In this document: piece after piece, positions 9,506 to 17,815 of the stretch
Position numbering within the stretch: the stretch's first letter is position 1
How the letters are laid out: each line of letters opens with the position of its first letter
Origin: a virus
Direction: 5' to 3' (one strand)
Length of the DNA: 64,000 bases
Virus record (IMG/VR): IMGVR_UViG_3300041964_000072
Coordinates: 32,001 to 96,000 of that record
Made by a program: the position numbers and the translations under genes
The notes under the pieces: generated by a model
What the model was told of the DNA's origin: nothing
Databases searched by the model: none
The model's input: only the letters and a program-made list of their open reading frames with translations

Positions 9506-10197
9506 TAGCGCTTCCTCTTGCGTCCATCACGGACACCCCGACGAACTCCATAGGTAGCGGCTCCAAGTATTGTTCCCTTTATCGCTCCATCAATTCCCCC
9601 AATCGCTGCGGCTGCTGGTATGACGGCTGGAATGGGGGATGCTGCTAGAGCGGATAGTGTTCCCCCTCCTACTGCTCCATACGTTGCCCCTTTCGCAATG
9701 TGACCCCCAAGGGAAAGTTTGCGCTTCCAGCTCAATCGTCCAGGCGACTGCTTTCCACGTTTACGACCTGTATCACTGCGCTTTTTCCTGAACTCAGAAA
9801 TAAGACTAGGATTTGCAGAGTAGTTTCCCCCAAGCACACCTCTTACCCTTCGTGTAACAGGTAGGTCACGCCTCCGGTTTATGGCGAGATCGGCACCAAC
9901 AGTCATAGATGCGACGGTAGCAGCAGGAAGAACAACAGCAGCGGCACGATGACTCCCTTCTCTGGTCAGTGCTTTTACAGCAGCTCTATCCCCTGCATTT
10001 TTAAAATAGTTCGGTAAGTAGCCTCTCCGGACTAATGCCCGTGAACCTAAAGCCCCTGCTGCAATCAGTCCACCACCAACCGCAATTTGAGTACCACGCT
10101 TGGCAATGCCTCCAGCAGTATTAATCGCTGTTTGATACTTGCCTCTCTTTTTTCCTTTATCTCTTCGGGTACGCCGAAATTCTGATATTGAGTTCAT
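9505..10197 (-). CDS. Two-module basic glycine-zipper protein, AxF-leader family
   Basis: MNSISEF|RRTRRDKGKKRGKY... and internal SLISEF|RKKRSDTGRKRGKQ..., each followed by Gly/Ala hydrophobic stretches. Confidence 0.8.
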   Translation of the reverse strand: MNSISEFRRTRRDKGKKRGKYQTAINTAGGIAKRGTQIAVGGGLIAAGALGSRALVRRGYLPNYFKNAGDRAAVKALTREGSHRAAAVVLPAATVASMTVGADLAINRRRDLPVTRRVRGVLGGNYSANPSLISEFRKKRSDTGRKRGKQSPGRLSWKRKLSLGGHIAKGATYGAVGGGTLSALAASPIPAVIPAAAAIGGIDGAIKGTILGAATYGVRRGVRDGRKRKR

Positions 10198-10454
10198 TCA
10201 TTTAGCAGTAATACTCCGGTTTTTAAATCTTCCAGTTCAGTAAAATTCTTAGTCGATTGGGAATATCGGATTAGAGAATTTTCTCTAAATTCGTCAGGAT
10301 AATAATTACAGTAGTTTTGCAAATAATCGCTCAATTGATCAAAAGGGATTTCTATAAAGGCTTTGTTTTTAATGACAAATAGTTTGTCCCTAATTACATG
10401 ATAAATGTTTTTAATAATTCCGTTTTCAACGATTGCGACTTTGACGCTCATCAA
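10194..10454 (-). CDS. Small hypothetical protein overlapping the kinase 3' end (possible immunity/partner)
   Basis: 86 aa, not K/R-rich unlike its neighbours, overlaps the kinase stop by 29 bp. Confidence 0.6.
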   Translation of the reverse strand: MMSVKVAIVENGIIKNIYHVIRDKLFVIKNKAFIEIPFDQLSDYLQNYCNYYPDEFRENSLIRYSQSTKNFTELEDLKTGVLLLNE

Positions 10455-11679
10455 TCCAGTCCACCATACTTTTAGCCTGATCGTAATTGTATTTATAGAT
10501 TACTTTTTTCCGCTCCAAGTTGAGCAGTGCTTGTTGTCGCTCATACGGACTGGTCTTGCTGCCTAAAGCTTGTTCAAAATAATAGTCCAGTTTTTGACTT
10601 ACCCGTTCTGGAGGTTCTTTGTCAACGATGGTTTTTAGGGTATTTTTGAAAACATTGAGGTTTCTTCGCTGCCTTGGGGTAAAGGCTTCCAGTTCATTAT
10701 CTATTGCCCCTTTTATGCCGCTGAAGTCGTTAGCAAAGTTCAGTGATTCGCCTTGATCAATCAAGGTAAAGCGTCCCTTGTTGTACCAGATGTTATCGCC
10801 ATGCATATCAAAATTTGATGTCGTTAATCCATAAGCCAATATCTTGGATAAATCTGAATTATCTAATGCAGTCCGTATTTTTTCTCCTGCTGCAAAATAC
10901 TTTCCTGTTCGTCTATCTTCTTTAGGGTTAAACTTGAAACTCACATTAAACTTCTTGTTTAATTGCCCTTTTTGGACTGCACTAAATAGGCTTTGACCCG
11001 GAAGGAATTTATGTAGAGAATAAACATTACTACTATTCGTTAAAGGATGCTTGATTCCTTTTGGAATCAGTATAGTTTCTTGAGTGCGTACTCCAACTTC
11101 TTTAGCCATGTCTGAAAGCAGCGCTTCCGTAATGGGCATATTTATATTTCGTTCATAGCCTAGTCCTAATTTTTGGGCTAGAGGTTCTTTTACTCTAAAA
11201 AGAGAAGAGGCTTTCATAACGTATCTATTCCCTAATCGATCCTTGACAACTCTAGTAAGATTTGCGGATGCAGTTAAGGAAGCATTGGATATTTCCAAGT
11301 TGTCCAAAAAGTCACTTCCTCGAATTTTGCTGTTAGGCAAATCTAGTTTTCCTTGAACCTGTTTCCAGAATCCCTGGACATTGAACGTCTTTCCTTCCCG
11401 CCTACGCTGAAAAGGTTTTATGAATATACGTTTTGTGGTTTCAACTCTCTGGGACTGTTGGATAGCCCCTTCCAATGCTAAAAGTCGTTGTTTGGAAGTA
11501 GCCTTATCAAGACTATCCCCAATAGTTTGTCTCGCCCTATTATTCAGCCTTCCTGCAACAAGACCTATAGCTTTTCGATTTCCTCTAAGAGCCTTTCGGA
11601 ATTTTTTTCTTTTTTGCTGCTGCTTGTATTTGTCTATACGTCTCTGGAAAAAATTCTTGTCCTTTCTACCCAGTATCAT
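10426..11679 (-). CDS. HipA/PI3-PI4-kinase-like protein with basic N-terminal region
   Basis: RYVMK (Lys), TEALLSDMAKEVG, catalytic-loop-like NFDMHGDN and TLIDQGESL (DxHxxN / IDxG) motifs. Confidence 0.75.
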   Translation of the reverse strand: MILGRKDKNFFQRRIDKYKQQQKRKKFRKALRGNRKAIGLVAGRLNNRARQTIGDSLDKATSKQRLLALEGAIQQSQRVETTKRIFIKPFQRRREGKTFNVQGFWKQVQGKLDLPNSKIRGSDFLDNLEISNASLTASANLTRVVKDRLGNRYVMKASSLFRVKEPLAQKLGLGYERNINMPITEALLSDMAKEVGVRTQETILIPKGIKHPLTNSSNVYSLHKFLPGQSLFSAVQKGQLNKKFNVSFKFNPKEDRRTGKYFAAGEKIRTALDNSDLSKILAYGLTTSNFDMHGDNIWYNKGRFTLIDQGESLNFANDFSGIKGAIDNELEAFTPRQRRNLNVFKNTLKTIVDKEPPERVSQKLDYYFEQALGSKTSPYERQQALLNLERKKVIYKYNYDQAKSMVDWIDERQSRNR

Positions 11680-11681
11680 CG

Positions 11682-12107
11682 CTACCCTCCTTTGTATAGA
11701 GGGTATTTAATAGGTAAAGGATTTCCCGTCGAAAGCCGTGCCCAGCGCTGCCGAACTGCGTTTATATCTTTTCTCGCGTATCTTCCTGTAGCCGTTAAGG
11801 TATTATCAACATAGCGCTTTGCAACACTGATTCGGCTTGGTTTGACTGTACTTACGCTTGCATTAATATTTTTTAATTGTTTTCCAGTGCGACGAATACC
11901 GCTACGCAGCCCCTTGCCACCATACTTCAAGGCAGCGAGAGACGCTGCTCCTAAAACAATGGCTTCTGCTGGATTTATTTTTGCCCAATTTTTGACTCTA
12001 GAAGTTCTGCTCTTTTTCCGATCCCAGAACATTAACTTCCTCTTTACATAGTTGCGTTTAAATTCAGCAAAATCAGGGCTGCTTAATAAAGTAATCGAAT
12101 TATCCAT
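11682..12107 (-). CDS. Small basic protein, AxF-leader family
   Basis: PDFAEF|KRNYVKRK..., AIVLGAASLAALKYGG segment. Confidence 0.75.
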   Translation of the reverse strand: MDNSITLLSSPDFAEFKRNYVKRKLMFWDRKKSRTSRVKNWAKINPAEAIVLGAASLAALKYGGKGLRSGIRRTGKQLKNINASVSTVKPSRISVAKRYVDNTLTATGRYARKDINAVRQRWARLSTGNPLPIKYPLYKGG

Positions 12108-12378
12108 AAATTTCCTTAAGCGCTTTTCGTTTTATAGGGTTGCGTTCTCTGGAGCGCTGCTGGTATTGCACCTTTGTCGCGTAAAGCCCTCCAAGTCCTC
12201 CTGCCAAAGCTCCCCACTTAGCTGCTCGAATCGGACTACGCTTCCGGGAAAGTGCCCCTAACATTAAAACACTAGCCCCTCCACTACTACCTACAGCAGT
12301 ATTTAACAAGGTTTCTTTGGTACGCCTTGCCTTTTGTGCTTTTCGCTGTGCAAGGCTAAAAGTGGAGAGTAAATTCAC
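12100..12378 (-). CDS. Small basic glycine-zipper protein, AxF-leader family
   Basis: MNLLSTF|SLAQRKAQKARR..., WGALAGGLGGLY. Confidence 0.75.
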   Translation of the reverse strand: MNLLSTFSLAQRKAQKARRTKETLLNTAVGSSGGASVLMLGALSRKRSPIRAAKWGALAGGLGGLYATKVQYQQRSRERNPIKRKALKEIYG

Positions 12379-12446
12379 AATAATAAATTTGAATAATATA
12401 GGTCAGTAAATCTAAGCTTTTACTGATTAGCGATTCAAATAAGAGA

Positions 12447-12908
12447 TTAAACCGTGACGCTACCGTTACCTACCCAGCTTTCGGAACCCTTGATTCGCTC
12501 TTTCACATCATCAATGGATTCAAAGGGCTTCTCTTTCCGCAAAGAGATAATTTTGGGGATATGCTTTTCATCAATCCCCTCGATGGTTTTCAATGTCGCC
12601 TCATCTGCTGTGTTGAGGTTGATTGCCTTTTCCTGGAGCGCTGAAGGAATGAGGTGCTGAGTTTGTTCCTGTGGCGCTACGGGGGTCAACGGCATAGTGG
12701 TGGGATCTTTTGGCAGAGCATCCACTTGATCCGGTGAGCGGACATAAAAGCGGTTTTCCCGAATTTCTTCAGGAAGGGCTTCTTTGGCATAGTCCCCAGG
12801 CAAGTATTGATTTCCGGTTTTTGGCTGCACGTAATGTTTGATTAAAACAACCGTTTCCGGAGTGGGTTCTGTTTTCTTTTCTGTGGTTGGCTGTGCTTGT
12901 TCAGGCAT
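12447..12908 (-). CDS. ComEA-like helix-hairpin-helix DNA-binding protein
   Basis: C-terminal INLNTADEATLKTIEGID...IISLRKEKPFESIDDV is a ComEA-type HhH; lies directly after the capsid gene. Confidence 0.8.
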   Translation of the reverse strand: MPEQAQPTTEKKTEPTPETVVLIKHYVQPKTGNQYLPGDYAKEALPEEIRENRFYVRSPDQVDALPKDPTTMPLTPVAPQEQTQHLIPSALQEKAINLNTADEATLKTIEGIDEKHIPKIISLRKEKPFESIDDVKERIKGSESWVGNGSVTV

Positions 12909-12974
12909 AATGGATTTGATTATTAAAAGGTTTCTACTCTTATTTTAATTGATCAAAAATTATGGAAATCCCTA

Positions 12975-13013
12975 CTATTTAGGGGTCACAGGAATACTGC
13001 AACCCCTAAATAG
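12975..13013. terminator. Perfect 12 bp inverted repeat after the major capsid gene
   Basis: CTATTTAGGGGT-N15-ACCCCTAAATAG. Confidence 0.6.
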
Positions 13014-13031
13014 TTTAGTTCTAAAAAAGAT

Positions 13032-14228
13032 TTAATTAACGGTCTGAGCGTAGAGTAGCTTGGGATTCAAGAACACGGGAAGAAAAGTCATAACTGTCAA
13101 CGTCTCATCGAGTGGCGGTTGCTTTTGCTTCTCATGAGTGAGGACGTATACGCCTGTTTTTGGCATAGGCATACTGCCGTCACCAACAATAGTAGATGAG
13201 CTTTCCATAGTTACACCAATAGCTCGAATACCCGATTCTTTCTTGATAAATACAAACGTATTGTCGTTAAGGAATCTGGCATTGATGATGTTTTTGTTCT
13301 CATCTTCCAGGTTGTAGCGGTCATCCACAATCTTGATATTAGGAATTCCTCTTGCTTCAAGAATGGAATTCAACATATCAACGGATACCGTTCCTACGGA
13401 CGATCCACGCACAGAAGTCGCTGCATCTTTGGTGGATTTTTGTTGCATCAAATGGTTGTGAAGTTTCCGGGACATAACAATATAGTCCGGAGGAAAACCG
13501 TTTGTGTCTATATAATTGTCGATGGCATTGTAGAGTACTTGGATACCATTTGCATGTTCATAATCCGACCAGCGATTGAGGGTGCCGTCAGCATTTCCTT
13601 TAGCAATTAATGCTCCTGGAAAATGATTATAAGTTGCTAACGGATTCTTATAATCTAGACGTAGATTCATCTGGGTTCGAGGGTCACGACCTAAATCTAC
13701 CCCACCCGTTTGAAGCACTTGCCAAGTCATGCTGTCAGCCCGATCCATTACTGACATTACAAGCTTTTTAACACTTCCAAAAAGGAACATTGCAAGGTCA
13801 TTATTTGCACCATTGACAACATTTCCGTTTGCATCTCTCTGGTCTTGAACTGTTACACCTTTGAGGTTTGCTAGTTGCATCGCCTCGTACATTTGCCACT
13901 GCAAATTCTCATCATAGAGGCGAGAAACACCGATTTTCGCCATCTCTGCGGTGACTTTTTTGAACTCACCAAATCCGACAGTTGGAATCTCTTGTCCATA
14001 GGCAACAAGACTCGCAACAGGATTTACATCATTAGCAAGTAGTCCTAAAAAGTTACGTGAAGAGTACTCCTTTACTGGAGCAGCATCCCCCAAAACATTA
14101 GAGCGAGTACGCAATTGTACAAGTGTTTCGTCTACAATAGCGTCTGTTTGTTTAGATACGAGTCGATCGTTTAAATATGATGCAATTAATGCCATGATTG
14201 AATAGCTTTTTGTATGTTTAAAGCGCAT
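13032..14228 (-). CDS. Major capsid protein (HK97 fold, lambda E-like); probable start at MALIASYL
   Basis: 398 aa after the decoration gene; PDYIVMSRK, FLNDNTFVFI and MTFLPVFLNP motifs typical of Phage_cap_E-like capsids. Confidence 0.85.
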   Translation of the reverse strand: MRFKHTKSYSIMALIASYLNDRLVSKQTDAIVDETLVQLRTRSNVLGDAAPVKEYSSRNFLGLLANDVNPVASLVAYGQEIPTVGFGEFKKVTAEMAKIGVSRLYDENLQWQMYEAMQLANLKGVTVQDQRDANGNVVNGANNDLAMFLFGSVKKLVMSVMDRADSMTWQVLQTGGVDLGRDPRTQMNLRLDYKNPLATYNHFPGALIAKGNADGTLNRWSDYEHANGIQVLYNAIDNYIDTNGFPPDYIVMSRKLHNHLMQQKSTKDAATSVRGSSVGTVSVDMLNSILEARGIPNIKIVDDRYNLEDENKNIINARFLNDNTFVFIKKESGIRAIGVTMESSSTIVGDGSMPMPKTGVYVLTHEKQKQPPLDETLTVMTFLPVFLNPKLLYAQTVN

Positions 14229-14311
14229 TCAAATCACGCTGAGAATAGAGCCTTGGAAGGTTAATTCTTTGGCTCTAAACTAGGCTTTCTATCTCTAAAG
14301 AAACTGAAAAA

Positions 14312-15166
14312 TTAGAAGCGGTATTGAACCTGGAGATTTGGTAAATCTTCAAGAATTGATTCATCCCAGTAAGGGAGACTACCTTGATATACAGACCCTT
14401 CCGTACCCAGACCCAAAGAAACAGAGTCACGAGCATTTGTTACATCAAACGATGATTCCAAAAGCCCATATACTCGCTCCACAGGAACGCCAACATTGAA
14501 GCCTACTGGAACTGCTACAGCAGCATTAGCATCAAGGACAATCTCTTCTTTTTCACCGTCTACAAAAAGAACCTTTCCAATTGGAGTTGGATTAGGAACT
14601 GTCGTAGCAGGGATAGTACCAAAAGCACCAGAGGGGGTAATTTGATAGGGAGTGTAGCCGTCTTTGACAATCACATAAAGAATGTTGCCCTCAGCCAAGA
14701 AACGGAAGATACGGCTAAGGTATGGAGAGCTGTTAAAGTACTCAGAAAAAGCAAGAGCCGCTTCTTGAGGGGTGCCGACTCCAGTAGGAGTAAATGTCAC
14801 ACTCCGTCCGTTAACCCTTAAGCCACCTTGACCCGTACCAGTAATAGTAAATTGGGCAAAAGCTTCATGGATCGTAAGCTCATCACCAGCGACAAACACA
14901 TAGGGGTAGCCCACCTTGAAACGGTTTGTCGTAAGGGTTACTGGAGTGGACACTTTTCCACGAGGAAGTAAGCGCTCTACCAACTCCCCAGTAATTGTTT
15001 TGATATGCGCTCCAAACATTCCAGCGGGAACCGCTTTGCTACCATTTTTATCAGCCGAAATAAATTTTCGATCAATAGTGATGCTATTGGGGTGCCGAAT
15101 TCCGTGGCTAAATGCCCAGATAGGTTTTTGGGAGTTATATGAATCGTGAATAGTAAAATGAGGCAT
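14312..15166 (-). CDS. Head decoration protein
   Basis: 284 aa beta-rich ORF (KAVPAGMFG...) between scaffold and capsid genes. Confidence 0.65.
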   Translation of the reverse strand: MPHFTIHDSYNSQKPIWAFSHGIRHPNSITIDRKFISADKNGSKAVPAGMFGAHIKTITGELVERLLPRGKVSTPVTLTTNRFKVGYPYVFVAGDELTIHEAFAQFTITGTGQGGLRVNGRSVTFTPTGVGTPQEAALAFSEYFNSSPYLSRIFRFLAEGNILYVIVKDGYTPYQITPSGAFGTIPATTVPNPTPIGKVLFVDGEKEEIVLDANAAVAVPVGFNVGVPVERVYGLLESSFDVTNARDSVSLGLGTEGSVYQGSLPYWDESILEDLPNLQVQYRF

Positions 15167-15236
15167 AAGTTTAGAGCAAAAAAGAAGGAATTAAAGCTCT
15201 AATTATTGCTTTGCCTATACTTCAATAAAAGGTGGA

Positions 15237-16268
15237 TTAATTAAGGAAACCTTGCTCTTTGTAGAGTTCCATGTTGCGACGGGCTTGCTCCTCAAGGCTG
15301 TCAGAAAACTCAGCCTCTTCATACAGTTCTGGAGATTCATGTGAAAGTTGCCCATTAGGAAAGATTTCACCACGAGAGCCGAGTACCTTTAAAGCGTACT
15401 GGATGCACATTAAATGTGTATCAATGTCCATATCGTTGGACTCAGTAGCGGCTGCAAACAGTCCGATCTTATCTCTATCAAGAGCATCAGGTAAGTCACC
15501 AAATAAAGCATCGAATTCTACAGGAAACATCAACCGTGCTTCAACCATATCTTCGGCATGTTGCACAAGTTCATCAAGCTGATCTTTTACTGCTTGTTGT
15601 ACCTGAAATTCTGCTAGTTGATTCTGTACTTCCATCAACTCGCTACGATATTGAGCGGTTTCGTCGTCTTCAACAAGGACATATTCATCCTCGTCATCGA
15701 ACTCCTCATCACCCATGTCCTCGTCATATTCTGCCTCGAATTCGTCTTCATAATCATCAGAAATCTCGAATAGATCATCGAGATATTCAATTTCATCTTC
15801 TGATTCAGCAAGATCATTACGGGCTTCAAGAGCTAAGGTTTGGAATCCGATATAAGCATCTTCATCCTCTGAAGTAGCTTCAAAGGCAGAAGCTAGTTGA
15901 TCTACCAATTCTGCATCGGGAATAACTTCACCTGTGACCAATGCCAAGATAGCTTCTGGCTCATATCCGGTAATTTCGGATAAGGCGAGGACTCCTTCCT
16001 CACTATCTTCGTATTCCTCTTCAATCAGGCTTCCTAGTGAATGCCCAAAAGCGTTAGTTGCTGTGGCAGTAAATTCGGCAATATTTAGCATAGATTCGTT
16101 AAAATTAATGTCTTCAGGAGGTATTCTTTCGTTTAAATCAGTATGGGCTTGTAGCCGATATTCTTTAGCCGACACTGCATCTAAAATACCCCTTTGCTCA
16201 GCTAAATTGATATTACTTAAAGTTGTGTTGAAAAGTTCTTGATGATATTCTGGAGAGTTGATTTCCAT
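15237..16268 (-). CDS. Acidic capsid scaffolding protein
   Basis: Extremely Asp/Glu-rich, helical, upstream of decoration/capsid; contains three AEF motifs. Confidence 0.65.
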   Translation of the reverse strand: MEINSPEYHQELFNTTLSNINLAEQRGILDAVSAKEYRLQAHTDLNERIPPEDINFNESMLNIAEFTATATNAFGHSLGSLIEEEYEDSEEGVLALSEITGYEPEAILALVTGEVIPDAELVDQLASAFEATSEDEDAYIGFQTLALEARNDLAESEDEIEYLDDLFEISDDYEDEFEAEYDEDMGDEEFDDEDEYVLVEDDETAQYRSELMEVQNQLAEFQVQQAVKDQLDELVQHAEDMVEARLMFPVEFDALFGDLPDALDRDKIGLFAAATESNDMDIDTHLMCIQYALKVLGSRGEIFPNGQLSHESPELYEEAEFSDSLEEQARRNMELYKEQGFLN

Positions 16269-16314
16269 GAATTTCCTATTAATTTAATTTTATTATAATG
16301 AAGCGCTATTTGGC

Positions 16315-16692
16315 TTATTTTGTCTTATTTTTTAGTCTTTTTCTAATCTTATTTGCTGCTGTAGCTCCTAATCCTAAGCCCAATCCAGTGATAGCTAACT
16401 TGCTTTGTAGGGGGGTATTTAGGTTTAAAGCGATTCCTTTTTTCAATGCTCTAGACTGTTTTCCAATATTGCCAACTAGTCGATTATTGAACAATTTACT
16501 CTTACTGCTATCAGCAAATTTTTTTGCAGCTCTTGGAGTTTTTGCTGAACTTAGGATTGGGATTGTTGCCCCTATACCTGCTCCGGTTAACCCACCTAAC
16601 ATTAAGTCCGAAGAGGTTTTTACTGAAGCTGGTATATTACTTTTTTTGTTATCAGACTTTCGTATAAGGCGGAACTCGGAGAGTATATGCAT
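16315..16692 (-). CDS. Small basic glycine-zipper protein, AxF-leader family
   Basis: MHILSEF|RLIRKSDNKK..., LGGLTGAGIGATI and ITGLGLGLGATAA. Confidence 0.75.
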   Translation of the reverse strand: MHILSEFRLIRKSDNKKSNIPASVKTSSDLMLGGLTGAGIGATIPILSSAKTPRAAKKFADSSKSKLFNNRLVGNIGKQSRALKKGIALNLNTPLQSKLAITGLGLGLGATAANKIRKRLKNKTK

Positions 16693-16746
16693 GGGGAAAG
16701 TAGATGTGTTATAGAAAAAATCAAACCTTAACCATATCTTTTGAAA

Positions 16747-17295
16747 TTACTTTTTTTGATACATCTTTGCTTTCTTGGCTGCTTCTCTTTGTGCCCGTTT
16801 TGCTGCGGCTTCAGCCTTCTTCTGTTTATTATTCTTGCTCAATAGGGAAGTAGAAGATTTCTTACTGGACGCTGGTGCTACCACGGCTACCGTTGGCTTA
16901 GCTGATGGTGTAGGTTTAGGGGCACCCATAACCATGTTCCAGCCTTTATTCCCCATTGGAGTATTCATAGGAACAGTTCCACCAGGACTGTTACCGAAAG
17001 TCATGTTCCAACCCTTGTTACCTCCCATAGGGACAGTAATAGGAGTTGGAGGAGCCGCTTTTTTGGCTCTCCGACCTATCTTAGAAAGCGCTCCTAAAAT
17101 AGCACCTCTATTTCTGTAGCCTAATGCACCGACTCCGGCTACTCCTCCTACGACACCAGCAGCAGTTATACCTTTGCGAACAGCACGTTTACGTTTATCT
17201 TTCGATCCTTTGCGCCGAAAAAAGTCTGCGTAGGAATCAGAGTATGAGTAAGTTAAGTCAGCCATAATTGCAGTGAATAAATTAATGTATGTCAC
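16747..17295 (-). CDS. Basic glycine-zipper protein with MG(N/S)(K/R)GWN repeats, AxF-leader family
   Basis: SYADF|FRRKGSKDKRKR, GVVGGVAGVGALGY, two GNKGWNM repeats; paralog of 17337-17750. Confidence 0.8.
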   Translation of the reverse strand: MTYINLFTAIMADLTYSYSDSYADFFRRKGSKDKRKRAVRKGITAAGVVGGVAGVGALGYRNRGAILGALSKIGRRAKKAAPPTPITVPMGGNKGWNMTFGNSPGGTVPMNTPMGNKGWNMVMGAPKPTPSAKPTVAVVAPASSKKSSTSLLSKNNKQKKAEAAAKRAQREAAKKAKMYQKK

Positions 17296-17336
17296 TACAA
17301 TCTAAGAATTAGTGAAATATGTTTTCTAACTAAGTT

Positions 17337-17750
17337 TTATCGTCCCATCGTGACATTCCAGCCACGATTGCCCATCATGTTATTCATAGATGTAGAAGGT
17401 CTTGCCCCTCCCATTGAAACATTCCATCCTTTAGATCCCATCATTGTATTTGTGGAAGTAGATGGAGGATTTCCACTGGTTCTGTTACTGGGCTTCCCAC
17501 TGATATTAACGTTAGATTTTTTGGAGCCTTTCTTACCTCTTTTCATAGCGTTTCTTGCCTTCCGACCAAGCTTAGAAAGGGCACCAGAAATAGCGCCTCT
17601 ATTTTTATAAGCGGCAACTCCGGCAAGTCCAGCTAATGCACCACCACCAGCGATCCCTACCCCTGTTCGGATATTCCGATTTCTGCGCTGCTTGTCTCTG
17701 GCTCCTTTGGTACGGTAAAAATCTGCGTATGCGTCTGCGTAAGTATACAT
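17337..17750 (-). CDS. Basic glycine-zipper protein with MG(N/S)(K/R)GWN repeats, AxF-leader family
   Basis: AYADF|YRTKGARDKQRR, GIAGGGALAGLAGVAAY, MMGSKGWNVSMG and MMGNRGWNVTMG. Confidence 0.8.
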   Translation of the reverse strand: MYTYADAYADFYRTKGARDKQRRNRNIRTGVGIAGGGALAGLAGVAAYKNRGAISGALSKLGRKARNAMKRGKKGSKKSNVNISGKPSNRTSGNPPSTSTNTMMGSKGWNVSMGGARPSTSMNNMMGNRGWNVTMGR

Positions 17751-17815
17751 AAGTGATTGTGTGAATAGGTTGATGAATTAATCTAATGGTTGTTATTTAT
17801 CCAAAGGGAATTGTT

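Noticed and set aside
4191-17750. Basic leader-core peptides as RiPP/bacteriocin precursors
   Set aside because: No modifying enzyme, transporter or double-glycine leader in the window. The same motif in scaffold, protease and MuF fits capsid maturation better. Not fully excluded.
8173-17750. Small hydrophobic basic proteins as holins
   Set aside because: Too many copies, far from the endolysin, hydrophobic segments are Gly/Ala-rich and marginal; one member acting as a holin cannot be excluded
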